A DNA stretch of 64,000 nucleotides from Verrucomicrobiota bacterium. GTDB lineage: Bacteria > Verrucomicrobiota > Verrucomicrobiia > Chthoniobacterales > UBA6821. The DNA lies in the NCBI GenBank assembly GCA_021413925.1, contig JAIOPL010000004.1, forward strand, positions 128,004-192,003, given 5' to 3'. The translations under genes were made by a program, and so were the position numbers. A model generated the notes under the pieces. It searched no databases. It was not told the DNA's origin and saw only the letters and a program-made list of their open reading frames with translations. Numbering within the stretch: the first letter of the stretch is position 1; each line of letters starts with the position of its first letter. Positions 46,937-54,834 of the stretch are shown in pieces.

Positions 46937-48034
46937 ATGCCCGAACTTGTTGTACCCATTCCGCTCCATGCCCTCACTCTGGAGGATCTTGAGGAGAGCC
47001 TGACCGCGCTGGAGCAGCCTGCTTACCGTGCCAAGCAGATCATGGAGTGGGCGTATGAGAGGGAGAAGCGCGTCGAGTCATGGGAGGCCATGAAGAATCT
47101 CCCTGCGGTTCTGCGTTCGGCACTTGCCGAGAAACATCCTATCCGCCTACCCGAGGTGGTGACCGTGAGCGGTTCGGAGGATACGACGCGCAAATTCCTT
47201 CTTCGTCTCCACGACGGGGAGTTGATCGAAGCAGTGCTGATCCCTGCATCGCCAGCACTCTATGGAGAGGAATCCGACCGACGAACCCTCTGCGTTTCGT
47301 CCCAGGTCGGATGCGCTTATGGTTGCAAGTTCTGCGCCAGCGGCCTGGACGGATGGAAGCGCCACCTGTCAGTTGACGAGATCGTCTCCCAAGTTTTGCT
47401 CGCGGAGAAGATCTCCGGAGAGCGAATCAATAATCTTGTCTTCATGGGAATGGGGGAACCGATGGCCAATTACAAGAACTGGCTCAAGGCTGTCTCCATC
47501 CTGAACGCTCCTTGGGGAGGGGGTCTTGGTGCACGCAAGATGACCGTCTCCACCAGCGGTCTTGTTCCTCAAATCCGAGAACTTGCGGATCAGCCTCTCC
47601 AGATAAGACTGGCCATCTCACTGCACGGGGCGAGCGATTCTGTCCGTAGCGAAATCATGCCGGTGAATCAGAAATACCCGGTCGCCGAGTTGATGGAGGC
47701 CTGCGCCTACTATAGCGAGCGCAAGAAACAGATGATCACCTTTGAGTACATCCTGATCGAAGGAGTCAATGACTCTCCCTCCGAGGCCAAGCTCCTTGCC
47801 GAGAGGGCGAGGGGTCTCCGTGCCAAGATCAATCTCATCCCCTACAACACCGTCGAGGGTCTACCTTGGAAACGCCCCTCCGAGCCAGTTCAGGAAGAGT
47901 TCCTTTCTATCCTGCGCAATCGAGGAATTGCCGCTACCATTCGCCGGGAAAAGGGGCACGATATCGACGCTGCTTGCGGGCAGCTCCGCCGGCGAATCTC
48001 GGCGGAAATTGAGTCCTCTAACTCCGCGGCTTGA
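46937..48034 (+). CDS. rlmN: 23S rRNA (adenine2503-C2)-methyltransferase, radical SAM
   Basis: 365-aa protein with the CxxxCxxC motif (GCAYGCKFCASG), a C-terminal GHDIDAACGQL motif and the N-terminal YRAKQIMEW motif. Confidence 0.93.
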   Translation: MPELVVPIPLHALTLEDLEESLTALEQPAYRAKQIMEWAYEREKRVESWEAMKNLPAVLRSALAEKHPIRLPEVVTVSGSEDTTRKFLLRLHDGELIEAVLIPASPALYGEESDRRTLCVSSQVGCAYGCKFCASGLDGWKRHLSVDEIVSQVLLAEKISGERINNLVFMGMGEPMANYKNWLKAVSILNAPWGGGLGARKMTVSTSGLVPQIRELADQPLQIRLAISLHGASDSVRSEIMPVNQKYPVAELMEACAYYSERKKQMITFEYILIEGVNDSPSEAKLLAERARGLRAKINLIPYNTVEGLPWKRPSEPVQEEFLSILRNRGIAATIRREKGHDIDAACGQLRRRISAEIESSNSAA

Positions 48035-48043
48035 CTTGGCTTG

Positions 48044-48706
48044 ATGAACAACTCGATTTCTACATCTTCAGTTAGTAGCACTGGCGCGAATCGGAGAACG
48101 ATCATTATCGGCGACGTGCACGGTTGCGCTTCGGAGTTGGAGACGCTTCTCAAAACCGCAGAAGTTACCAAAGAGGATGATCTCATCACTGTAGGCGATC
48201 TGATCTGTAAGGGCCCGGACAGTCGTTCGGTCATGCAGTGGGCGATGAGCACTCCCAACCTGCGCTGTGTCCTTGGAAATCACGAAGCACGGTTGCTGGG
48301 CCGATGGATTGCCGGAGAGGTGCCTAAACCGAGCTCTTCTGATGAGCAGACCATCCGTCAGATCGGAGACTGCTTTGAAAAATCGATGAGTTTTATCGAG
48401 TCCTGGCCACTCTACCTGAAGGGTGATGGATTTCTCGTGGTTCATGCCGGCATCGATCCTCGGATTCCCAAGCTGGCAGAGCAGTCGAGGCAAGATCTTC
48501 TGAATATACGGATTCCCGAGGGGATGGATATTCCCTGGTATAAGGCCTACACGAAGGAGCGGCTCATCGTCTTTGGCCACTGGGCCAAGCGTGATCCGAT
48601 GATTCGTTCGAATGCCATCGGTCTCGACACCGGCTGTGTCTACGGGGGAGCCCTCACAGCACTCATTCTCCCCGAGAGACGGCTGATCAGCGTCCCGGCA
48701 GCATAG
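48044..48706 (+). CDS. Metallophosphoesterase (ApaH/PrpE-like Ser/Thr phosphatase family)
   Basis: It has the motifs IIIGDVHGC, GDLICKGPDS, GNHE and VFGHW, which are calcineurin-like phosphoesterase signatures. Confidence 0.8.
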   Translation: MNNSISTSSVSSTGANRRTIIIGDVHGCASELETLLKTAEVTKEDDLITVGDLICKGPDSRSVMQWAMSTPNLRCVLGNHEARLLGRWIAGEVPKPSSSDEQTIRQIGDCFEKSMSFIESWPLYLKGDGFLVVHAGIDPRIPKLAEQSRQDLLNIRIPEGMDIPWYKAYTKERLIVFGHWAKRDPMIRSNAIGLDTGCVYGGALTALILPERRLISVPAA

Positions 48707-48726
48707 GAATACTAAAAGCACGACGT

Positions 48727-49971
48727 ATGGAAGTAATCGAGGCTATCGATCAGGAATCCCACCACCCGATTCCTCTGAGCGGATTTCTTGGTGGCGTCTT
48801 CCTTACCCAGTTGGTCGATAGCGCCCTGCATCTGGCACAGCCTCTACTGCTGGCGAAGCTTTCCGGTTCACTCGGCGGCGCGGCTTTTTTCTCCGCCTTT
48901 GATACGGGGATTCACATGGCCGGTACTTATATCGGAGGCTGGCCCACGGAGAAATTCGGAGCCCGACGTGTGCTTGTGGTCGCTACCTTCCTGAGGGCCG
49001 TTGCTTTGGCCGGAGTACCCATTTCCATGCTCTGCGGTTTTCTGAGTCTCTGGTGGGCGATGGGTTGCTACACATTGGAGGCCTTGATCAGGGGCTTTGT
49101 TGACACATCAGTCCACACGGTTCCGCTTGAACTTGCACAGCATCGTGCCGAGCAACTCGACAGGATCAATTCACGCTACGAACTCGCCTTTGATATCGGT
49201 GGAGTCGCTGGGCCGCTTATTCTTGGCGGGTTGATGATATGGGGAGGGAAGATCGTTCCCCACATCATGATACCGGTCGGCTTTGTTCTCTCCTCAGTGA
49301 CCTACTTCTTCATTCCTAAGAAAACCGGAGGTATGAGCAAAGGAGCGGTCCATCACTCCCACGGAGGTTCTTGGGCTGGGATCAAATATATCTTCACCCG
49401 CCGACCGCTCCTGATCACCTGCATCGGCCTGATGTCGTTCAATATCTACCCGCTGCGCAAGCTCCTGAGCGCGTTCTTTGCCAAGGGGCTCCTTCATAAG
49501 TCAGCTTCTGTTGGGCAAATCGGCGCTGCCTTTGCCCTCGGCGGTGCCGTTGGAGCACTGATTTATGCAGTCACAAAGCATAAAAACTCCGGAGGGAAGT
49601 GGGTCGCTCTGGGGGCTGTCGGAACATTCATCCTGGCCATCGGTTGGGTGCCTGGAAATCTCTGGGTTATGACAGTGGCGGTGTTCCTTTTTGCCTTGGC
49701 CAATGTCTGCGCCCGCTTGACTCTGACCAAGAAACGTCAGGAACTTACTCCGCTTGAACATGCTGGCGGTGTTACCTCCGCTTCCCAGTTCGGTGTGAAT
49801 GCGGTTTCAGTTGTCATCAAGACCATTGTTGGCGCGGCCTTCTCTGCCGGTTTGGGAGCCTTCGGAGCATTTGCCGTGGTGGGAGGTATCCTCGGACTCA
49901 TGGGAGCGGGTCAGTTTGTACTTTCTAGGCACATGCCGAAACTCAGGGAGTCTTCTCCTGCCCATTTATAA
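48727..49971 (+). CDS. MFS transporter
   Basis: 414-aa protein with about 12 hydrophobic segments and a GGWPTEKFGARRVL loop resembling the MFS motif A. Confidence 0.75.
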   Translation: MEVIEAIDQESHHPIPLSGFLGGVFLTQLVDSALHLAQPLLLAKLSGSLGGAAFFSAFDTGIHMAGTYIGGWPTEKFGARRVLVVATFLRAVALAGVPISMLCGFLSLWWAMGCYTLEALIRGFVDTSVHTVPLELAQHRAEQLDRINSRYELAFDIGGVAGPLILGGLMIWGGKIVPHIMIPVGFVLSSVTYFFIPKKTGGMSKGAVHHSHGGSWAGIKYIFTRRPLLITCIGLMSFNIYPLRKLLSAFFAKGLLHKSASVGQIGAAFALGGAVGALIYAVTKHKNSGGKWVALGAVGTFILAIGWVPGNLWVMTVAVFLFALANVCARLTLTKKRQELTPLEHAGGVTSASQFGVNAVSVVIKTIVGAAFSAGLGAFGAFAVVGGILGLMGAGQFVLSRHMPKLRESSPAHL

Positions 49972-50057
49972 CTTCTCTGCCTGCATAGGGAAAAAGCCAT
50001 TCCCCCTCCGACTCTTCTCGGGTAAGGTTTTTCCTCATCACATTTCATTTCGAATTT

Positions 50058-50816
50058 ATGAGCACCATCAACAACCCACTACAGGATCAAGTTGCCATTG
50101 TCACCGGAGCCGGACGCGGTATCGGTGAATCCATTGCCCGTTATTTTGTCGAGGCGGGTGCCAAGGTGGCAGTCGTAAGCCGCAGCGAGGAAAACTCGTC
50201 CAAGGTCGCGGCTGCGCTAGAAGCAATCCGTCCCGGATCTGCACGCGCCTATGCTGTCGATGTAGCCGATTTCGATGCCGTCCAGAAGGTCGGAGAGCAG
50301 ATTGTAGCTGACTTTGGGCGAGCTGACATTCTGGTGAACAACGCCGGAATCACCCGGGACAATCTCCTCATGCGCATGTCCTCTGAGGAATGGGATGCCG
50401 TCCTCGACACCAACCTCAAGGGAGCCTTCAACTTCGTCCGCTCAGTTCTGCGCACCATGATTAAGCAGCGCTCCGGACGCATCATCAACATCAGCTCCGT
50501 CAGTGGCCTCATGGGCCTTGCGGGTCAGACAAATTACGCCGCCAGCAAGGCCGGCATGATCGGCCTTACTAAGGCTCTCGCGAAGGAAGTCGCCAGCCGT
50601 GGTATCACGGTCAATGTGGTGGCCCCTGGATTTATCGAGACCGACATGACAGCAGTCCTGAACGAGGAGATCCGCAAGGGAGCCCTAGCGCAGATTCCTC
50701 TTTCCCGTTTCGGCCAGCCCGAGGATATCGCCTCCACGGTCGCTTTCCTCTGTAGCCCCGCTGCCGGGTACATCACTGGTCAGGTCCTGGCGGTAGACGG
50801 CGGTATGTCGATGTAG
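50058..50816 (+). CDS. fabG: 3-oxoacyl-[acyl-carrier-protein] reductase
   Basis: 252-aa SDR with VTGAGRGIG, NNAGI and YAASKAGMIGLTKALAKE motifs, closely FabG-like. Confidence 0.9.
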   Translation: MSTINNPLQDQVAIVTGAGRGIGESIARYFVEAGAKVAVVSRSEENSSKVAAALEAIRPGSARAYAVDVADFDAVQKVGEQIVADFGRADILVNNAGITRDNLLMRMSSEEWDAVLDTNLKGAFNFVRSVLRTMIKQRSGRIINISSVSGLMGLAGQTNYAASKAGMIGLTKALAKEVASRGITVNVVAPGFIETDMTAVLNEEIRKGALAQIPLSRFGQPEDIASTVAFLCSPAAGYITGQVLAVDGGMSM

Positions 50817-50918
50817 GGAAAGGATGAATTATGAATGATGAGGGATGAAAAAGGCGTCTGCGTTCAGACTTTTTCTCCCAGTTTCATACTTCATCATTCT
50901 GACTTCATAATTTTCTCC
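50817..50918. repeat. Imperfect inverted repeat of family B enclosing a small terminator-like hairpin, between fabG and sixA
   Basis: The left arm is ggaaaggatgaattatgaatgatgagggatgaaa (50817-50850). The right arm is tttcatacttcatcattctgacttcataattttctcc (50882-50918). Between them lies gtctg-cgtt-cagac followed by ttttt (50856-50874). Confidence 0.65.
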
Positions 50919-50920
50919 TA

Positions 50921-51391
50921 ATGCTTCTCCACCTTCTCCGCCACGCCGAGGCTGAGCCTCATCGTCTCGATGATTTTTCCCGATCTCTTACGGAAAAAGG
51001 ATTCAAGCAGGCGCGCCGGATTGGTTGCTTCATGAAAGAGCAGTGCCTCAGACCGGAGATCATCCTCACCAGTCCCGTTGTTCGTGCACGAGAGACGGCG
51101 GAGATTGTTGCAAAGCTTTTGGGGAAACCGCCTCTCACTGAAGTTGCATGGGCCGCTTGCGGGATGAATCCCGAGGTGGCCCTGGCCGAGCTATCAGGCT
51201 ATGCAAAGCTTGATTCAGTCATGATTGTGGGGCACGAACCGGATTTAAGTTCGCTGAGTGCCTCGCTGATCGGGATGGAACGGAGTGAGTCTATTCAGGT
51301 TGCTAAGGCCTCTCTTCTAGGGGTGAACCTACCTCGTCTCCAGTTTGGATCTGGGATCCTGCAGTATCTCCTGCCCGTGAAGTTTTTATAA
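50921..51391 (+). CDS. sixA: Phosphohistidine phosphatase SixA-like (histidine phosphatase superfamily)
   Basis: 156-aa protein with LLRHAEA at the N-terminus (RHG-type motif) and a later VGHEPDL motif. Confidence 0.78.
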   Translation: MLLHLLRHAEAEPHRLDDFSRSLTEKGFKQARRIGCFMKEQCLRPEIILTSPVVRARETAEIVAKLLGKPPLTEVAWAACGMNPEVALAELSGYAKLDSVMIVGHEPDLSSLSASLIGMERSESIQVAKASLLGVNLPRLQFGSGILQYLLPVKFL

Positions 51392-51401
51392 AATCACTCC
51401 C

Positions 51402-52607
51402 ATGAAAACACTCCTTCTCACCAACGAATATCCTCCACATATCTACGGGGGTGCGGGCGTTCATGTCGATTATCTGAGCCGTGAGTTGGCCAAGCTCATG
51501 GAGGTGGAGGTGCGCTGTTTCGGTGATCAGGATGAGAAGATCGGAAGCATCGAGGTCAGGGGGTTCGGCCTTGGCACTCCCGAGATGACCTGCCCCAAGC
51601 CGCTTCAGAGCCCACTGGGCGCATCACGTCGGTGTGTCGATTTCAACGGCGCCGGGATCACTGCTGACCTTGTCCACTGCCACACATGGTACACCCACCT
51701 TGGCGGTATCATGGCGAAGCTCAACTACGGCATTCCCCTCGTCATTACGGTTCACTCCCTCGAGCCTCTGCGCCCCTGGAAGCGCGAACAGCTTGGAGGC
51801 GGTTATGACTTCAGCCTCTGGGTGGAAAAAACAGCCCTTGAGATGGCTGATGCTGTGATTGCCGTCTCGGAAGAGACCAAGAAGGATATCCTCTCCCTCT
51901 TCAATGTCAGCGAAGAGCGCCTCAGTGTGATCCATAATGGCATCGACCTGAGCGAGTATCGCTCGACAAAAAATCCCGAGGTTCTCCGATCGCTTGGCGT
52001 GGATCCCGATCGCCCGTATGTCCTCTTTGTTGGCCGTATCACACGTCAGAAGGGGATCATTCATCTGGTCCGTGCGATCCGTCATCTGGATCCCGGTTTT
52101 CAGGTGCTGCTCTGCGCCGGCGCCCCTGACACGCCCGAGATCGCAGCGGAGATGCAGCAGGCGATTGCCTCAGCACGGGAGCATCATGGTGAGATTGTCT
52201 GGATCGAGAAGATGGTGACTCGTCCCGAGGCGATTGTTCTCTACTCAAGCGCTTCTGTTTTTGTCTGCCCCTCGATCTACGAACCATTCGGCATCATCAA
52301 TCTCGAAGCCATGGCCTGTGGCACGCCCGTCGTCGCCAGTGCCGTCGGAGGCATCAAGGAGGTGGTCGTGGATGGTGAGACTGGTTTCCTTATACCCCTT
52401 GAGCAGATGAAAGAGAGCCCCTTCGAGGCGACTGATCCTGCAGCCTTTGCCTCAGACCTTGCCTCCAAGATCAATCTCTTGATGGCCAATCCCGAGCTTG
52501 CTTCGCGAATGGGGACCGCCGGGCGGAAGCGCGCCGAGGAGTTCTTCGGATGGGATGCGATTGCCAGCAAAACTGAGCGACTTTACGACAAGCTTCTGCA
52601 AAGGTAG
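51402..52607 (+). CDS. glgA: Glycogen synthase, GT4 Corynebacterium-type
   Basis: 401-aa protein. It carries N-terminal LTNEYPPHIYGGAGVHV and, later, FVGRITRQKG. A GT4 motif ending in E, S-x-YEPFGIINLEAMACGTPVV, is also present. Confidence 0.82.
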   Translation: MKTLLLTNEYPPHIYGGAGVHVDYLSRELAKLMEVEVRCFGDQDEKIGSIEVRGFGLGTPEMTCPKPLQSPLGASRRCVDFNGAGITADLVHCHTWYTHLGGIMAKLNYGIPLVITVHSLEPLRPWKREQLGGGYDFSLWVEKTALEMADAVIAVSEETKKDILSLFNVSEERLSVIHNGIDLSEYRSTKNPEVLRSLGVDPDRPYVLFVGRITRQKGIIHLVRAIRHLDPGFQVLLCAGAPDTPEIAAEMQQAIASAREHHGEIVWIEKMVTRPEAIVLYSSASVFVCPSIYEPFGIINLEAMACGTPVVASAVGGIKEVVVDGETGFLIPLEQMKESPFEATDPAAFASDLASKINLLMANPELASRMGTAGRKRAEEFFGWDAIASKTERLYDKLLQR

Positions 52608-52611
52608 CCGA

Positions 52612-53775
52612 ATGTTCATTGATCGAGTAAGGGTGCATGCGAAGGCTGGCGACGGAGGCGATGGTTCCGCCAGCTTCCGTCGTGAAAAGTTCATCCCTAA
52701 GGGTGGGCCGGACGGTGGTGATGGCGGCGATGGAGGGGATGTCATTCTCCGTGCCGACAACCATATCGATCAGTTGGCCAATCTCTTCTTCGAGCCGATC
52801 CTAAAAGCCAAACCGGGGGGCAAGGGCTCCTATCGCCAACGCCATGGCAAGTCGGCACCCGATCTCGTGGTGCCTGTTCCCGTCGGCACCTTGATCTACC
52901 GGTTTCCGACACCAGCTCCTCACGATCCCTTTGCCGAGCCTGAGTTGATTGATGGGGAAGAGCTTCCCTCCGATCAGCCTCGTGCCAAGAAAGGCCTCGC
53001 CGATCCAATGCCCGAGGATCTGGTCGCTGACCTGGACGAAGTGGGCAAGGAATTCATCATCTGTCACGGAGGAAAAGGAGGACGTGGCAATATCCACTTC
53101 AAGAGTTCACGCAATCAGGCTCCCAGGCGTTTCACCGAAGGAACAGAAGGTGATGAAAGTTGGTTCCTTCTCGAGATGCGCTCCATCGCCTTTGCCGGTC
53201 TGGTCGGTTATCCGAACGCAGGCAAGTCGACTCTTCTGCGTGCGATCTCCCGCGCTCATCCGAAGGTCGGTTCGTATGCCTTCACCACGCGTAACCCGCA
53301 GGTTGGAGTTGTTGACCTTGAGGATTATCACAAGACAACCGTTGCCGACATTCCCGGATTGATCGAGGGAGCCCATGAGAACAGGGGCTTGGGCCATCAA
53401 TTCCTGCGTCATGTCATGCGCTGCGCCTATCTACTCATGGTGCTGGATATGGCTGGATCCGAGGGACGCAGCCCCTTGGATGATCTGAATGCTCTTCGCA
53501 AGGAACTGGAACTCTACAATCCTGAACTGGCGGAACGTCCCTGGTGCATCGTGGCCAACAAGATGGACATGCCCGAAGCCGCAGCCAACCTGAAGCTCTT
53601 CAAAAAGAAATTCAAGGGTGTCACTATCATCCCGATTTGCGCCGAACTGGGTGAGGGGATCCCTGAGTTGAAAGCCTTTCTCCAGGAAAAGGTCGTAGAA
53701 CAGGAGGCAAGTCTTGCCGAAGCTAAGGCTACCAAGCTGAAGGAAGAAGGGGGCAACCCTCCCTTGGTCTATTAA
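52612..53775 (+). CDS. obg: GTPase Obg/CgtA
   Basis: MFIDRVRVHAKAGDGGDGSASFRREKFIPKGGPDGGDGGDGGDV is the Obg fold. The G domain has GYPNAGKST and DIPGLIEGA motifs. The ATG at 52612 is used. Confidence 0.93.
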   Translation: MFIDRVRVHAKAGDGGDGSASFRREKFIPKGGPDGGDGGDGGDVILRADNHIDQLANLFFEPILKAKPGGKGSYRQRHGKSAPDLVVPVPVGTLIYRFPTPAPHDPFAEPELIDGEELPSDQPRAKKGLADPMPEDLVADLDEVGKEFIICHGGKGGRGNIHFKSSRNQAPRRFTEGTEGDESWFLLEMRSIAFAGLVGYPNAGKSTLLRAISRAHPKVGSYAFTTRNPQVGVVDLEDYHKTTVADIPGLIEGAHENRGLGHQFLRHVMRCAYLLMVLDMAGSEGRSPLDDLNALRKELELYNPELAERPWCIVANKMDMPEAAANLKLFKKKFKGVTIIPICAELGEGIPELKAFLQEKVVEQEASLAEAKATKLKEEGGNPPLVY

Positions 53776-53870
53776 GACGGTTTTCCTTACTGGGGATCCT
53801 TAGCAAGGGATCTGTCTAAACTAGTCACCTATCCCGTCAAAACCTGTACGGCTTTAAATACTAGGTAGCT

Positions 53871-54785
53871 TTAAGTGGTTATGCGTGTGCAGAAAAGGTT
53901 TGTGTAGGCCTTTCCATGGTATGTTTTGACCAACTCTTCATCGGCCGACAACTCGACAAGTTGTCCTTTTAGATTAATGTAAGAAATTAGAAATTCATGA
54001 CCTCGCAGAGTGCTCAGGAACTCCAGTGGGTCTTTTCCTGCAGCACGAAGGCCTTCCGGCCAGAATTCAATCATCAGGGTGATTGCTTTCTTTCTTTTAA
54101 GGATATCCATACAACCCGCAATGACGTCCGCCTCGAAGCCCTGAACATCAATTTTGATGACATCGGGCAGAGGAAGGTCCTTTTCAATAAAAAGCTCGTC
54201 CAGGGTGACACACGCAACAGTGATGGAATTCCATTCGTCATTGTCATCCTGCTGGGCGGAATCTGCCAACCTGTTGTCACCACAATTGCTACTGGAAACA
54301 TAAAAGGTGGAGGATCCGCTTTTAGAAGAGGCGGCTAATTGGAATAGATGATACTTAGGGCCGGGATTTGACTGGGAAGTCTTCTGCAGCAGGGCTTGAT
54401 TTTTAGGTTCAGGTTCCAAGGCAATGATCGTTCCTTTCGCACCAACAAGAGAGGCAGCTAATGCGCTGAAATAGCCGATATTTGCTCCCACATCCAAAAA
54501 TGTCATGCCTGGCTGCAGCAGTTTTTTAAAAATGATCGTTTCAGGAACTTCAAAAAGCCCGAGTAGTAACAGGGCGTTAAGAACGGCGTCGTTTTTATTC
54601 AGATGAAGCGAGATGTTCTCAATGGACAATCTGCTTGGAGAAAGAAATCTGATGATGCTGTAGACAAGCTTTTGAAGCAGGGCACTTCGGAGAACTAATT
54701 TGTAGGAGCATTCAGCCAAACGTAACGCCTTGGTTCGGACTGCTATACTGAAAGAGTCAGTGAGATTTAACTCTGTGGTTGGCAT
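53871..54785 (-). CDS. FkbM-family methyltransferase
   Basis: 304-aa protein with the SAM-binding motif FLDVGANIGYFS and a downstream IKIDVQGFE motif. GC is visibly lower than in neighbouring genes. Confidence 0.8.
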   Translation of the reverse strand: MPTTELNLTDSFSIAVRTKALRLAECSYKLVLRSALLQKLVYSIIRFLSPSRLSIENISLHLNKNDAVLNALLLLGLFEVPETIIFKKLLQPGMTFLDVGANIGYFSALAASLVGAKGTIIALEPEPKNQALLQKTSQSNPGPKYHLFQLAASSKSGSSTFYVSSSNCGDNRLADSAQQDDNDEWNSITVACVTLDELFIEKDLPLPDVIKIDVQGFEADVIAGCMDILKRKKAITLMIEFWPEGLRAAGKDPLEFLSTLRGHEFLISYINLKGQLVELSADEELVKTYHGKAYTNLFCTRITT

Positions 54786-54834
54786 AAAGGTGGCTTGAGG
54801 CGCGGGACGATGGGACTGTGAAATTCAAGATCTA

